A stretch of 64,000 nucleotides of DNA. Origin: an uncultured Myxococcales bacterium. Lineage in GTDB: Bacteria; Myxococcota_A; Polyangia; Palsa-1104; JAEUJZ01. The position numbers were made by a program, and so were the translations under genes. This document shows positions 7,673 to 16,219 of this stretch, piece by piece. Each line of letters begins with the position of its first letter. The stretch's first letter is position 1. The stretch covers positions 1,904-65,903 of the forward strand of contig CAYWPR010000028.1 of assembly GCA_964460115.1 (NCBI GenBank), in the 5' to 3' direction. Below the pieces are notes generated by a model that did not search any database, had not been told where the DNA came from, and saw only the letters and a program-made list of their open reading frames with translations.

Positions 7673-9199
7673 ATGATGGCAGCGGTGACAAGTACCTTGC
7701 CACGCGAGCGCGTGGGGCCATACCGGCTCGTTCGACTTCTCGGCAAAGGAGGAATGGGAGCCGTCTACGAAGCCATTCAGGAGCCGATCGAGAGACGTGT
7801 AGCCATCAAGATACTTCACGGTCGCTATGCGCAAGAACCCGAGATCGCAACTCGCTTTTTCAACGAAGCGCGCGCCGTAAATCTGGTTGATCATCCCGGC
7901 ATCGTGCAGATTTCCGACTACGGTCAGTTGCCTAGCGGCGTCGCCTTTTTGGTCATGGAATACCTAAAAGGCGAGACGCTGACGCAGTATATGAAGCGCA
8001 ATGGCGGCAAGCTCGGGCAGCCCGAGGCGCTACGCTTGAGCCGGCAACTCGCCGCCGCCCTCGCCGCAGCACACGAAAAGGGCATCATTCATCGCGATCT
8101 GAAGCCCGATAACATCATGCTCATCATCGACACCGACCCCGAGGCAATGGGCCGGGTGCGCGCCAAACTTCTCGATTTCGGCATCGCCAAGGTCGTCGCC
8201 GATTTGGGCAAGGAAAATGCCACCCATACCGCCGCCGATGTGGTCATGGGCACGCCCAAATATATGTCGCCGGAACAGTGCCGGGGCGCCGCCAATGTCG
8301 ACGACAAGTCCGACGTATATGCGCTGGGAGCAATGATGTACGAAATGCTTGCCGGACGCGCGCCGTTCTTGGGAGCGACGGGCGAAATTCTGGCCAAGCA
8401 AATCTATGAAGCGCCGCCGCCGCTGACTTCGCTGTCCCAGACGGTTACGCCCGATGCGGTGGCTCTTATCGAGCGCCTTTTGAAGAAAAATAAAGCGGAA
8501 CGTCCGTCGATGCGCCAAGTGGCGGTCGAGCTGGAACGGATGACCGCGCCGTACCCCACGATGGCGCATCCCATCGTGCTGCCGCCGCAGGCGCTTTTGA
8601 CGCCCTCCTCGGGCACAAATATTTCGACGGTCAACGAAGAAGAAGTCGACTTTGTAACCGATCCATCGCTGGCCACAAGAGTCCGCGCCACGCCGGAGCC
8701 AGACAGCCAGCCCGGCAAGGATCCGCCATCTACGCTGGGGTTCTCCGTCGGCCAAAGCAGCCTGTCGATGCGCAGCCCGACGCGCTGGCGGCGCTGGCTT
8801 TTTCCCGCCGGAGCGGTACTTTTGGTGGTCGCGGCCATTTTAAGCGCCGTGGCTTTTCGCGGCCGCACAAAGCCGGTGCCCGCGACGGCACTGCCTCAAG
8901 CCGGAGTACAAACAGCGCAAAATAAGGACGAGCCGCAGGGTCTGATCCAGCCCAAAAGCGCTCTGGATGCCGCGGTCCCTAATTCGCCAACGCCGGTCAG
9001 TGCGCCAAGCGTGCCGCCGCCAAGCGTGCCAAGCGTCCCGCCCAGTGCGCCAACGGGACCAGCGGTCAAGCCCGGCCCTACGGCAAAGCCGTCTGCGACA
9101 CCACCAATCAATCCAAAGCCCAAGCGTCCTTTTACCGGGCGCCCGATTCCCTCTAAGCCAGTGATTCCGCCTCATGCGAAATACAAAATCGTGGACTAG
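7673..9199 (+). CDS. Hanks-type Ser/Thr protein kinase with one TM helix and a Pro-rich extracytoplasmic tail
   Basis: Motifs GKGGMGAVYEA, VAIK, HRDLKPDNIM, DFGIAK and GTPKYMSPEQ. TM helix WLFPAGAVLLVVAAILSAVAF. P/S/V-rich tail. ATG 7673 (MMAAVTSTLPRERVGPYRLV) is preferred over the track start 7556, which would overlap the divergent gene. Confidence 0.9.
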   Translation: MMAAVTSTLPRERVGPYRLVRLLGKGGMGAVYEAIQEPIERRVAIKILHGRYAQEPEIATRFFNEARAVNLVDHPGIVQISDYGQLPSGVAFLVMEYLKGETLTQYMKRNGGKLGQPEALRLSRQLAAALAAAHEKGIIHRDLKPDNIMLIIDTDPEAMGRVRAKLLDFGIAKVVADLGKENATHTAADVVMGTPKYMSPEQCRGAANVDDKSDVYALGAMMYEMLAGRAPFLGATGEILAKQIYEAPPPLTSLSQTVTPDAVALIERLLKKNKAERPSMRQVAVELERMTAPYPTMAHPIVLPPQALLTPSSGTNISTVNEEEVDFVTDPSLATRVRATPEPDSQPGKDPPSTLGFSVGQSSLSMRSPTRWRRWLFPAGAVLLVVAAILSAVAFRGRTKPVPATALPQAGVQTAQNKDEPQGLIQPKSALDAAVPNSPTPVSAPSVPPPSVPSVPPSAPTGPAVKPGPTAKPSATPPINPKPKRPFTGRPIPSKPVIPPHAKYKIVD

Positions 9200-9791
9200 G
9201 CAGCTTCTTGTTTGCTGTATGTGCTTGCTTTCGTCGCTTGTGGATAGATCCGCAGTGGCGGCGGGGCCAGGTGCGGCGGACGATCCTTGCTTAAGCGACA
9301 GGCAGTGTCGCAGCCAGTACGATCAGGCCGTCGAACACTTCGAGCAAGGCCGGTTCGAGCAAGCTTTGGAAAAATTTCAAGCCGCGTACGAACTGCGCCG
9401 CATGCCCTGGCTGCAGATCAACATTGGGCGTACCCTGCATCGACTGGGACGTCCGCAAGAAGCGCTGGAACACTACGAAGTGTTCAAACAGGCCGAGACC
9501 AAACCCGACCCCGAAACGCAAGAGCGGGTGGAAAAGTACATCGCGCAAGCCAAGGCGCTGGCCGATACCAAGCCGGCTTTGCCCACGGTGGCTCAGCCGC
9601 CGGTGCAGCCGCCGCCAACTCAGCCGCCAGCCGAGCCGCCTCCGCCCAAGCCAATCTACAAAAAAGGGTGGTTCTGGGCCGTGATAGGCGGCGGCGTCGC
9701 AGCGGCGGTGATTGTCGGTGTTGCGGTTGGCGTGTCAACGCGCAAGCAGGGTCTGCCTGACGGCGTTATGACGCTCAAATTTACCTTCTAG
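9174..9791 (+). CDS. Secreted TPR-like protein with a Pro-rich linker and a C-terminal membrane anchor
   Basis: Signal peptide MRNTKSWTRQLLVCCMCLLSSLVDRSAVAA. TPR-like EHFEQGRFEQALEKFQAAYELRRMPWLQINIGRTLHRLGRPQEALEHYEVF. PPxQPP linker. Anchor KKGWFWAVIGGGVAAAVIVGVAVGV. It overlaps the kinase 3' end by 26 nt. The same N- and C-terminal signatures occur in 5704-7572 and 54953-55885. Confidence 0.7.
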   Translation: MRNTKSWTRQLLVCCMCLLSSLVDRSAVAAGPGAADDPCLSDRQCRSQYDQAVEHFEQGRFEQALEKFQAAYELRRMPWLQINIGRTLHRLGRPQEALEHYEVFKQAETKPDPETQERVEKYIAQAKALADTKPALPTVAQPPVQPPPTQPPAEPPPPKPIYKKGWFWAVIGGGVAAAVIVGVAVGVSTRKQGLPDGVMTLKFTF

Positions 9792-9813
9792 CTTACTCAA
9801 GGGGACGACGACA

Positions 9814-11118
9814 ATGCGGTCGGCCACTCTACATTTTTTGACCATCGGCATGCTTTGGCTGGGTGCGCTGCCCGGCTGCGGCCCAAACGACAACAACATT
9901 TTGGTCTCGGTCAACAAGTTGCCTATACGAGCCAAAACGCTAACCCTCAAGGCGACGCTGAACAACGAACCGGGCCGCTACATGAACAGCCTGGACCTGC
10001 CGACGCTGTCGCCGCCGCCGTCGAGCTTCGGAGTCAATATTGATGGCGCCAACACCGGTCATTTAAAGCTGATAGCCCAGGCCTTCGACAGCGACGGATG
10101 CTTGCAAGGCACTGGCGTCCTTGAGACCGATTTGCCGGTCGGCCGTACCGACTTGGCTTTGTCCATGGATGCGCAAAGCCCGCGGCAGTGCGGCAATCTT
10201 GCCCCCTGTGGCGAGGGCGTTCTTTGCTCGGGAAATGTTGATAGCCTCACGACTACCATGAAAGGGCTGTGGGTAAACTCGCCAAATGATGTTTGGGCAG
10301 TTGGCGACAACTCAACCATATTGCACTATCAGGGAAAAAATTGGGAGATTTCAATTCTTCCAACGGTATCTACACTATGCGGAGGCATAAGCACTCCGCA
10401 GACGAATCTAAAGAGTATTTGGGGCAACGGCCCATCGGATATGTGGACAGTCGGCACCAATGGCAGAACATTTCACTACGATGGTTCTGTTTGGAACTAT
10501 GTGCAAAATGGCTCAGATTGTGCTTCAGTTCTAAATTCAGTATGGGGAGTCAGTGGAACTGATGTCTGGGCGGTTGGTAATAAAAGTGACCAAACAGAAG
10601 AATTCTGGCATTGGAATGGTCAAAAATGGGATCCGATAATCACTGGTGATAATATTGCTAAATTTAGTGTATGGGCTAGTTCGTTAAGCGATATTTACGC
10701 AAGCTCAACAAACGGTTATTTGAGACATTTTGATGGCTCTTCATGGTCTTTCGTGGATCTTCCCACAAGCAATTCTCTGCTTTCGGTTTGGGGAAGCAGC
10801 CCAACGAGCGTTTTTACCGTCGGGGTTGGGGGTGTCAGATTCCATTTTGATGGAACGAACTGGAACGATATTCCATCGAACGAAGTTTTTCAAACGCTCA
10901 ACAGCGTAGTCGGCGATGGGAATGCAATCTACACAGTAGGCACATACAACAATAGCAACCATTCCAACTTCTTCAAAAGCACGGCCCCCTATGACAGTGT
11001 AGTTCCACAAAACCTGGGAAATGCGTATGACTTAAACTCAGTAGTGGTTGGCAGCAATGGAATCGGCTGGGCGGTAGGAGACAATGGGGTGCTCGGCTAT
11101 TTTGATACGCGGCCTTAG
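9814..11118 (+). CDS. Lipoprotein: N-terminal Ig-like region plus seven-blade beta-propeller
   Basis: Lipobox LGALPGC. Seven repeats of the type LxxxWGxxxxDxWxVGxxGxxxHYDGxxW (LWVNSPNDVWAVGDNSTILHYQGKNW; IWGNGPSDMWTVGTNGRTFHYDGSVW; VWGVSGTDVWAVGN...WHWNGQKW; and others). Confidence 0.8.
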   Translation: MRSATLHFLTIGMLWLGALPGCGPNDNNILVSVNKLPIRAKTLTLKATLNNEPGRYMNSLDLPTLSPPPSSFGVNIDGANTGHLKLIAQAFDSDGCLQGTGVLETDLPVGRTDLALSMDAQSPRQCGNLAPCGEGVLCSGNVDSLTTTMKGLWVNSPNDVWAVGDNSTILHYQGKNWEISILPTVSTLCGGISTPQTNLKSIWGNGPSDMWTVGTNGRTFHYDGSVWNYVQNGSDCASVLNSVWGVSGTDVWAVGNKSDQTEEFWHWNGQKWDPIITGDNIAKFSVWASSLSDIYASSTNGYLRHFDGSSWSFVDLPTSNSLLSVWGSSPTSVFTVGVGGVRFHFDGTNWNDIPSNEVFQTLNSVVGDGNAIYTVGTYNNSNHSNFFKSTAPYDSVVPQNLGNAYDLNSVVVGSNGIGWAVGDNGVLGYFDTRP

Positions 11119-11156
11119 GTTTCTTATCCACGTAGAGACGCCATCAGGATACGAAA

Positions 11157-12446
11157 ATGCGGTCGGCAGAGCTTCGATGTTTGGCGATGGCTTGGTTCCT
11201 GCTTGAAACGCCCGCTTGTTCCCCGACAGAGAATAATCTTCTTGTCTCGGTGAAAAGCTTGCCAACGCGAGCGGCCTCTTTGTCGGTGACGGCAAAGCTG
11301 AATGAAATGCTAAGCACCACCAGCATGCCGACGCAGACGCTGACTACGTCCCTGGATCGCTTTGGGGTTAACATTCCGGCCGAAACCAGCGGACAGTTGC
11401 GGCTAAATCTTCAGGCTTTCGATAGCGATGGATGTTTGCAAGGAACTGGAACCGCAGAGGTTCGCTTGCCGGCCGGACGCACTGATGTATCAATATCGAT
11501 GGTGGCGCAAACGCCACGCCAGTGCGGTTCGCTTTTGCCATGTTCGCAAATGTCTATTTGTTCCTTCAATTCGCAATTAAGTACTGATTGGACAGGAATT
11601 TGGGCCATTTCGCCAACCGATGTCTGGGCCGTGGGCAATCGATCTGTGGTTGCTCACTATGATGGATCAAGTTGGCAATCCATGACCGTTCCCGATGTTT
11701 TGGGAGATCAAACCGATTTAAAAGGAATCTGGGCCAGCGCTACCAATGATGTATGGACTGTTGGAACCAAGGGCAGGACTTTTCATTACGATGGCACAAA
11801 GTGGCTACAAATTCCCAATCCCGCAAACAGCAGCAACGAACTGGCTGCGATTTGGGGCATTCGCTCCACCGATGTCTGGGCCGTGGGCGGAAATCCAGAT
11901 GGAACACAAGAATTTCAGCACTGGGACGGACAAAGCTGGAGTCCAGTGCTGACCACGATTCCGGGTCAGCTATTTGGTGTATGGGCCAGCTCTTCCAGCG
12001 ACATTTACGCCGCCGGCTTGACCAAGGGAACATCGCCGCAAGGCATGCTCATCCATTTTGATGGCGCAAACTGGCAATTCATTATTACCAACACTGACAA
12101 GACCTTACGCGCCATTTGGGGAGACGGCGCAAATTTGGTTTTTATCGTCGGAATTCAGGGAACCTTCTTGCGCTGGAACGCCTCGAAGCACAACCTCTTT
12201 AAGGTGTCTCAGCCCGGGACCAATGCTTTTTTGCAAGGCGTCACCGGAGATGGCAATGCGGTATACGCCGTCAGTGACCACGGTGGCATCTCGAACCTGA
12301 TCAAGGGATTGGCCCCCTTTGATAGTTTCGCAGCGCAAAGCACGGGGAATCTGGCCGATTTGACGGCGATTTCCTTAAGTCGCGATGGAATCGGCTGGGT
12401 TGCCGGCTCAAGCGGGTTTTTAGGGTATTTGGATACTCGGCCCTAG
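11157..12446 (+). CDS. Lipoprotein with beta-propeller, tandem paralog of 9814-11118
   Basis: Same architecture and colinear motifs: LVSVKSLPTRAASLSVTAKL, AFDSDGCLQGTGT, IWAISPTDVWAVGNRSVVAHYDGSSW, IWASATNDVWTVGTKGRTFHYDGTKW. The C-terminus ...GWVAGSSGFLGYLDTRP matches ...GWAVGDNGVLGYFDTRP in the neighbour. Confidence 0.8.
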   Translation: MRSAELRCLAMAWFLLETPACSPTENNLLVSVKSLPTRAASLSVTAKLNEMLSTTSMPTQTLTTSLDRFGVNIPAETSGQLRLNLQAFDSDGCLQGTGTAEVRLPAGRTDVSISMVAQTPRQCGSLLPCSQMSICSFNSQLSTDWTGIWAISPTDVWAVGNRSVVAHYDGSSWQSMTVPDVLGDQTDLKGIWASATNDVWTVGTKGRTFHYDGTKWLQIPNPANSSNELAAIWGIRSTDVWAVGGNPDGTQEFQHWDGQSWSPVLTTIPGQLFGVWASSSSDIYAAGLTKGTSPQGMLIHFDGANWQFIITNTDKTLRAIWGDGANLVFIVGIQGTFLRWNASKHNLFKVSQPGTNAFLQGVTGDGNAVYAVSDHGGISNLIKGLAPFDSFAAQSTGNLADLTAISLSRDGIGWVAGSSGFLGYLDTRP

Positions 12447-12493
12447 TCCGCGGCAAAAGTCCCGCTGCTCGCCGTTAAATTTTGCCCTGTCCT

Positions 12494-12703
12494 TCACCGT
12501 TTCGCGCTAGGTCGAGCGATTTCTTCGATCGCCGCGGCGTTGCGATGCCGCGCATTGGGCAAGTGCGCGTCCCAGCAGGCCATCGAACAAAACAACAAAC
12601 GAACGCGTCCGGAATTGCAGGTAGAGACGGAGCAGCGATAAAATTTCGCCGACATTGCGATCGGTTTTCGGCACATCGAGCATACAGCGAAGGCTTCGGG
12701 CAT
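12494..12703 (-). CDS. Small Cys-rich (zinc-ribbon-like) hypothetical protein, 69 aa
   Basis: MPEAFAVCSMCRKPIAMSAKFYRCSVSTCNSGRVRLLFCSMACWDAHLPNARHRNAAAIEEIARPSAKR. Cys pattern CxxC...CxxxxC...CxxxCxxxH. Codon usage looks genome-like. The overlapping + strand ORFs look like antisense artefacts. Confidence 0.5.
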   Translation of the reverse strand: MPEAFAVCSMCRKPIAMSAKFYRCSVSTCNSGRVRLLFCSMACWDAHLPNARHRNAAAIEEIARPSAKR

Positions 12704-12926
12704 GTCAGCACTGTAGCAGGCATCCGCCCATCCGCCACAAGGTGCTCAAAAGCACCGACGCTCGGTGCGTCAAGCTACAAGCGGCGCCCAGACGTGACAT
12801 TCAAACGGACGCAAGGCCCGAGGTAAAAAGGCAAGGCAGCGACGCTCCGCAGCTCGGCGAAGTCGGTGCAAAGGTGATCGCGGCGTGAGTTTTCGCCACT
12901 TCGCGCATGCTACGAAGCAAAAGCCC

Positions 12927-12955
12927 TTGACCGTCTACCCATTTCGGACTAGCGT
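12927..12955 (+). promoter_or_regulatory. Candidate sigma70-type promoter for tRNA-Phe
   Basis: TTGACC (12927-12932), a 17-nt spacer, then TAGCGT (12950-12955). It ends 12 nt upstream of the mature tRNA 5' end. Confidence 0.3.
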
Positions 12956-12967
12956 ACTCCGGCTTTT

Positions 12968-13040
<73 letters not shown>

Positions 13041-13050
13041 CTGTGAAGGT

Positions 13051-13084
13051 GCCCTGATTCGATGGCGAAGCAGGGCTTTTTTTT
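13051..13084 (+). terminator. Rho-independent terminator after tRNA-Phe
   Basis: GCCCTG (13051-13056) pairs with CAGGGC (13071-13076), followed by T8 (13077-13084). Confidence 0.7.
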
Positions 13085-13672
13085 GCGCGGAAGTAGTGAA
13101 CTTGGGTTGCGTGTAGGTGCTTGCGCGATGCAGACAGCGACCCAGCACGCGCCAAGCCGTGAAGCGCGCGGGCCAAGATTTGCTACCGATACATGCCAGC
13201 GGCTGATGAGACCACCTCTAACGTCATCAGCGACTTTGTCAGTTCAGGTATTTGCTGTTGCGCGTTTCTCATGCACAAACCTGCCTATCCCCTACATTTG
13301 TCGATATGCTGAGTAATTTTCACAAAAACAGCGCAAACAACTACATCGCCCCGCAGAAAAGCCTAATTGGAACAAATGAAAAACCTACTTTGGCACTGCC
13401 AGGACATGGGATCTGTTGTATTTCATCGTGCCTTGCTTCTTCGAAAATTTCAGCATAACCTGAAGGCTGACTGATTCTAATATAGTCACATAGACGACCT
13501 GCTAAGCAGGTACTTATGACGCGATGAGGACAGCGCAGCCGTCTCGGGCGCTGTATAGGATCGAGCCATGAGACATTCCGTCAAAATAGCCCTGCGGGCG
13601 AGCCCGGCATGTAGTGACCATGCACGAAATGCTCGCCGAACCTGCTTCGACCACCTTGGAAAAGGCTGAAAT

Positions 13673-14869
13673 ATGCGGCTTTTTGCGCTGCGTCGGCAGC
13701 TCTTGGGGGTGTTCATAGTACTTATCTTGGTGCAGGGAAGCTTTATTGCGCTTACATATAAGCATATTCGATCATTTACGCGTACTCGGATAGAGATGCG
13801 GCATCGTCCTGAGATACACAGCGAGCTTGTCGCATTGGAAGCTACGTTAATTGATGCAGAGACTGGGCTGCGGGGCTTTGTAATTACCGGACGCGAAGAG
13901 TTTTTGCAGCCCTACCGGGCGGCGGCGCGCCTTTGCAAAGGACGAATGGAGCGCTTGCACACTCTGGTCCAGCAAGCCGCACAGCGGCAACGGCTGGAGC
14001 GGCTGGCTTCGCTGCTGGGGACGATACAGCAGCAAATGCAAAGCATTCTTGAAACGCGGCGGCGCGATGGCTTTGAACCGGCCCAAAAACTGATTTCCGA
14101 CGGTGCGCAAAAAGAAATGATGGATCAGTTGCGCGCCGTGGTTGCCGAGATGGACGCTATAGAGCAGCTAGAAACGCAGACCCACGAGCAGGAACAACTG
14201 CAGTCTGCCTCGGCATTTGTCAAACTGGTGTTTTTCGGATTGCAAGGCAACTTGCTTTTGAGCTGCGTCTTCGGATTGTTGCTATTTAGCCGGCTGCAGA
14301 AGCTGGCGCAGTCGCATTTGGAGCGTCTGCAGCATGGCTACACTCCTTTGGCGGAAGCGGCAGCCAGCGCCGCCCAAGAAGCCAAAACTTTAACGACGAT
14401 TCAGGAACAAGAAGGAACGGCCACTGCCGAAGTCGAAGCGGCATTGGAAATCATCGCGCACACCGCCAGAGACCTAAGCACCGTGGCGATGGAGATGACC
14501 TCCTCGGCGCGGGCCATTGCCGAGGAGTCTGCGGCGGCCCCGCCGGCGCAGCGCCAAGCTGAAACCGAGCGAATCACCATGCTGGCCGCGCGTACCGCGC
14601 AAATTGCTCTGTCTATAGAGCTGACCACTGCGGATCAACGGCGGCTTTGGAAACAAATGACGCAGCTTGAAGCGCAGCTTGCGCAAAGTGCGCAGAACAC
14701 CGATCAGGTCGCCGACGAAATTACCGAGGCATCTAAGCAGATCAAAGAAATTTTAGAAGGAATTGCCGGCGCCTTGCCCACGCCGACCGGCATAAAGGCC
14801 GAAGGCGCCAACGCGACTAGGAACGGGCGACGGGCGGCCTCTGCCCTAGCTGAGGACGAAGGTGAGTGA
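13673..14869 (+). CDS. CHASE3 domain-containing membrane protein with a C-terminal coiled-coil region and no recognisable output domain
   Basis: N-terminal TM helix LLGVFIVLILVQGSFIAL. CHASE3 hallmark LIDAETGLRGFVITGREEFLQPYRAA. Second TM helix VFFGLQGNLLLSCVFGLLLFS. An Ala/Glu/Gln-rich helical tail follows. The stop overlaps the next gene's start (GTGAGTGA, 14862-14869). Confidence 0.8.
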   Translation: MRLFALRRQLLGVFIVLILVQGSFIALTYKHIRSFTRTRIEMRHRPEIHSELVALEATLIDAETGLRGFVITGREEFLQPYRAAARLCKGRMERLHTLVQQAAQRQRLERLASLLGTIQQQMQSILETRRRDGFEPAQKLISDGAQKEMMDQLRAVVAEMDAIEQLETQTHEQEQLQSASAFVKLVFFGLQGNLLLSCVFGLLLFSRLQKLAQSHLERLQHGYTPLAEAAASAAQEAKTLTTIQEQEGTATAEVEAALEIIAHTARDLSTVAMEMTSSARAIAEESAAAPPAQRQAETERITMLAARTAQIALSIELTTADQRRLWKQMTQLEAQLAQSAQNTDQVADEITEASKQIKEILEGIAGALPTPTGIKAEGANATRNGRRAASALAEDEGE

Positions 14870-15386
14870 CAAGCTAACATTCTCAGCGCCGCGGCATCGT
14901 CCGCCACCGCCGCCGCAAAAGGCGGCTGACACAGATCTCAGCGGAACATCGCTCGGCCGCTATCTACTGCTCAGCAAGCTCGGCAAGGGCGGGATGGGAG
15001 TTGTCTATGAAGCGGAAGATATCCTTTTAAACCGCCGCGTCGCCGTCAAACTGCTGCCCGATACGCTGCGCAGCACGGCGCAGGCGCTGGAGCGCTTTTT
15101 CGTCGAAGCGCAGGTCGCAGCGCGTCTGAATCATCCCAACATCATTGCTATCTACGATATAGGCGAAGGAAATGGCCTGTTTTTTATCGTAATGGAGCTT
15201 CTGAAAGAGCAAAGCCTGGGCGGCTTTGTGCGTCAGCACGGCGCCCTGCACTGGGCTGAAGCCACGCGCATCACCGCCGACTGCTGCGCCGCCCTCCGCG
15301 ACGCCCACCGCGCCGGCCTGGTTCACCGCGACATTAAGCCGGACAATCTCACGAACGATATTTGTCGAACGATCAGCCTAGTTTAG
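14862..15386 (+). pseudogene. Ser/Thr protein kinase, N-terminal fragment (subdomains I-VIb only)
   Basis: GKGGMGVVYEA, VAVK and HRAGLVHRDIKPDN are followed by 11 unrelated codons (LTNDICRTISLV) and a stop. There is no DFG or APE region. Confidence 0.75.
15334..15346 (+). repeat. 13-nt direct repeat TTAAGCCGGACAA, left copy (junction of the kinase N-fragment)
   Basis: An identical 13-mer occurs at 21630-21642. Both encode (I/L)KPDN of the kinase catalytic loop. Confidence 0.9.
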
Positions 15387-15504
15387 GTGTTGGACGCAGA
15401 AATTCATCAGAGATTTGGCGAGTTCGGGCCGAGCTGCGGTTCGCAAGCAAAATTGATCGTAGTCTGCATAGCAAAATAGACTCAACTTACTGAGAATTTT
15501 GTTT

Positions 15505-16146
15505 CTACATATTTCCCATCAATACAATGGACTCAATTTGCCAATGGGTTGCGGGGGCGCTTCCGCCGCCTGGTAATTGAAACAAAAATATTGGCTGATA
15601 GGCAACTGGTAAATCTTGTGTATCTAGTTTAATCGTTGTTGTTTGCCGTACTCCCGCCTGATTGGTACTTGTCATATCCCACACGCGAGTACCATTTGCA
15701 GAATTTAGGCTTATTGTTGCTTGCTCTCCTGGTTTTATATTTACGTTGTGCACAATTGAAAATGTGAGGGATTTATATTGCTGATATTCGGCAGGCAAGA
15801 ATTTTGGCATTGAAAATCCGCAATCTCCCGTCGGATCACTGCTCGGTTGCAGTTTGTTGTTTTGTGAAACAACCCAACCGTTGGTACAGCCGCCAGCTAA
15901 ATACTTAAAATTCCACTCCGGTTCAAACTTCGACAGATCGGGATTTTTTGTGAAATCAATGCAGGTTTTCGGCAGCGGCGTTCCGCTTAAGCCTTGCGCC
16001 GCAGCCGCCGTACACGCCGGCAGCGGCGTCATATCTTTCATATTTCCGCTCATATCCGAAACGACCTCTCGCCCATCTGAACAATCGTTCGGTTCACGGC
16101 AGCCAATTTGTACAAGAATGCTAGCCATTAGCAGCGCTGTGCGCAT
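15505..16146 (-). CDS. Lipoprotein of unknown function (213 aa), AT-rich gene; tandem paralog of 16220-16873
   Basis: Lipobox LVQIGC. About 88% identical (hand count over about 170 aa) to the neighbour from ACTAAAAQGLSGTPLPKTCIDFTKNPDLS to HWQIESIVLMGNM. Confidence 0.75.
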   Translation of the reverse strand: MRTALLMASILVQIGCREPNDCSDGREVVSDMSGNMKDMTPLPACTAAAAQGLSGTPLPKTCIDFTKNPDLSKFEPEWNFKYLAGGCTNGWVVSQNNKLQPSSDPTGDCGFSMPKFLPAEYQQYKSLTFSIVHNVNIKPGEQATISLNSANGTRVWDMTSTNQAGVRQTTTIKLDTQDLPVAYQPIFLFQLPGGGSAPATHWQIESIVLMGNM

Positions 16147-16219
16147 CGGAAGCCTTCCATCAGGGATCGTTTGGCTTTTCTTGATTTATGAAAAGGACGT
16201 ACTGGATGTTGGAGTGACC

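Noticed and set aside
8030-8755. Long antisense or off-frame ORFs inside well-supported genes: 8030-8755, 4320-5153, 17948-18628, 40824-41387, 42922-43764, 47882-48421, 53484-54152, 59968-60588, 60107-60715
   Set aside because: Each overlaps a gene with clear family motifs (kinase, flippase, PEPCK, zwf and others). They have R/G/A/P-biased composition and no motifs, which is the expected artefact of high GC content.
13198-13227. Hairpin containing CTGATGAG, which resembles the hammerhead ribozyme core
   Set aside because: No GAAA element, no three-stem junction and no cleavage-site context could be assembled around it. It is only an 8-bp stem with a 14-nt loop.
13252-13765. ORFs 13252-13458 (+), 13486-13716 (-) and 13514-13765 (-) in the AT-rich gap
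   Set aside because: There is no SD and the composition is odd. They overlap each other and the CHASE3 gene start, and no motif is visible. I treat the region as non-coding pending conservation data.
15440-15448. 9-mer TTCGCAAGC near the left junction and its reverse complement GCTTGCGAA at 21548-21556, as possible terminal inverted repeats of the 6.3-kb block
   Set aside because: The copies sit about 80-100 bp inside the junctions rather than at the ends, and they are short enough to occur by chance.
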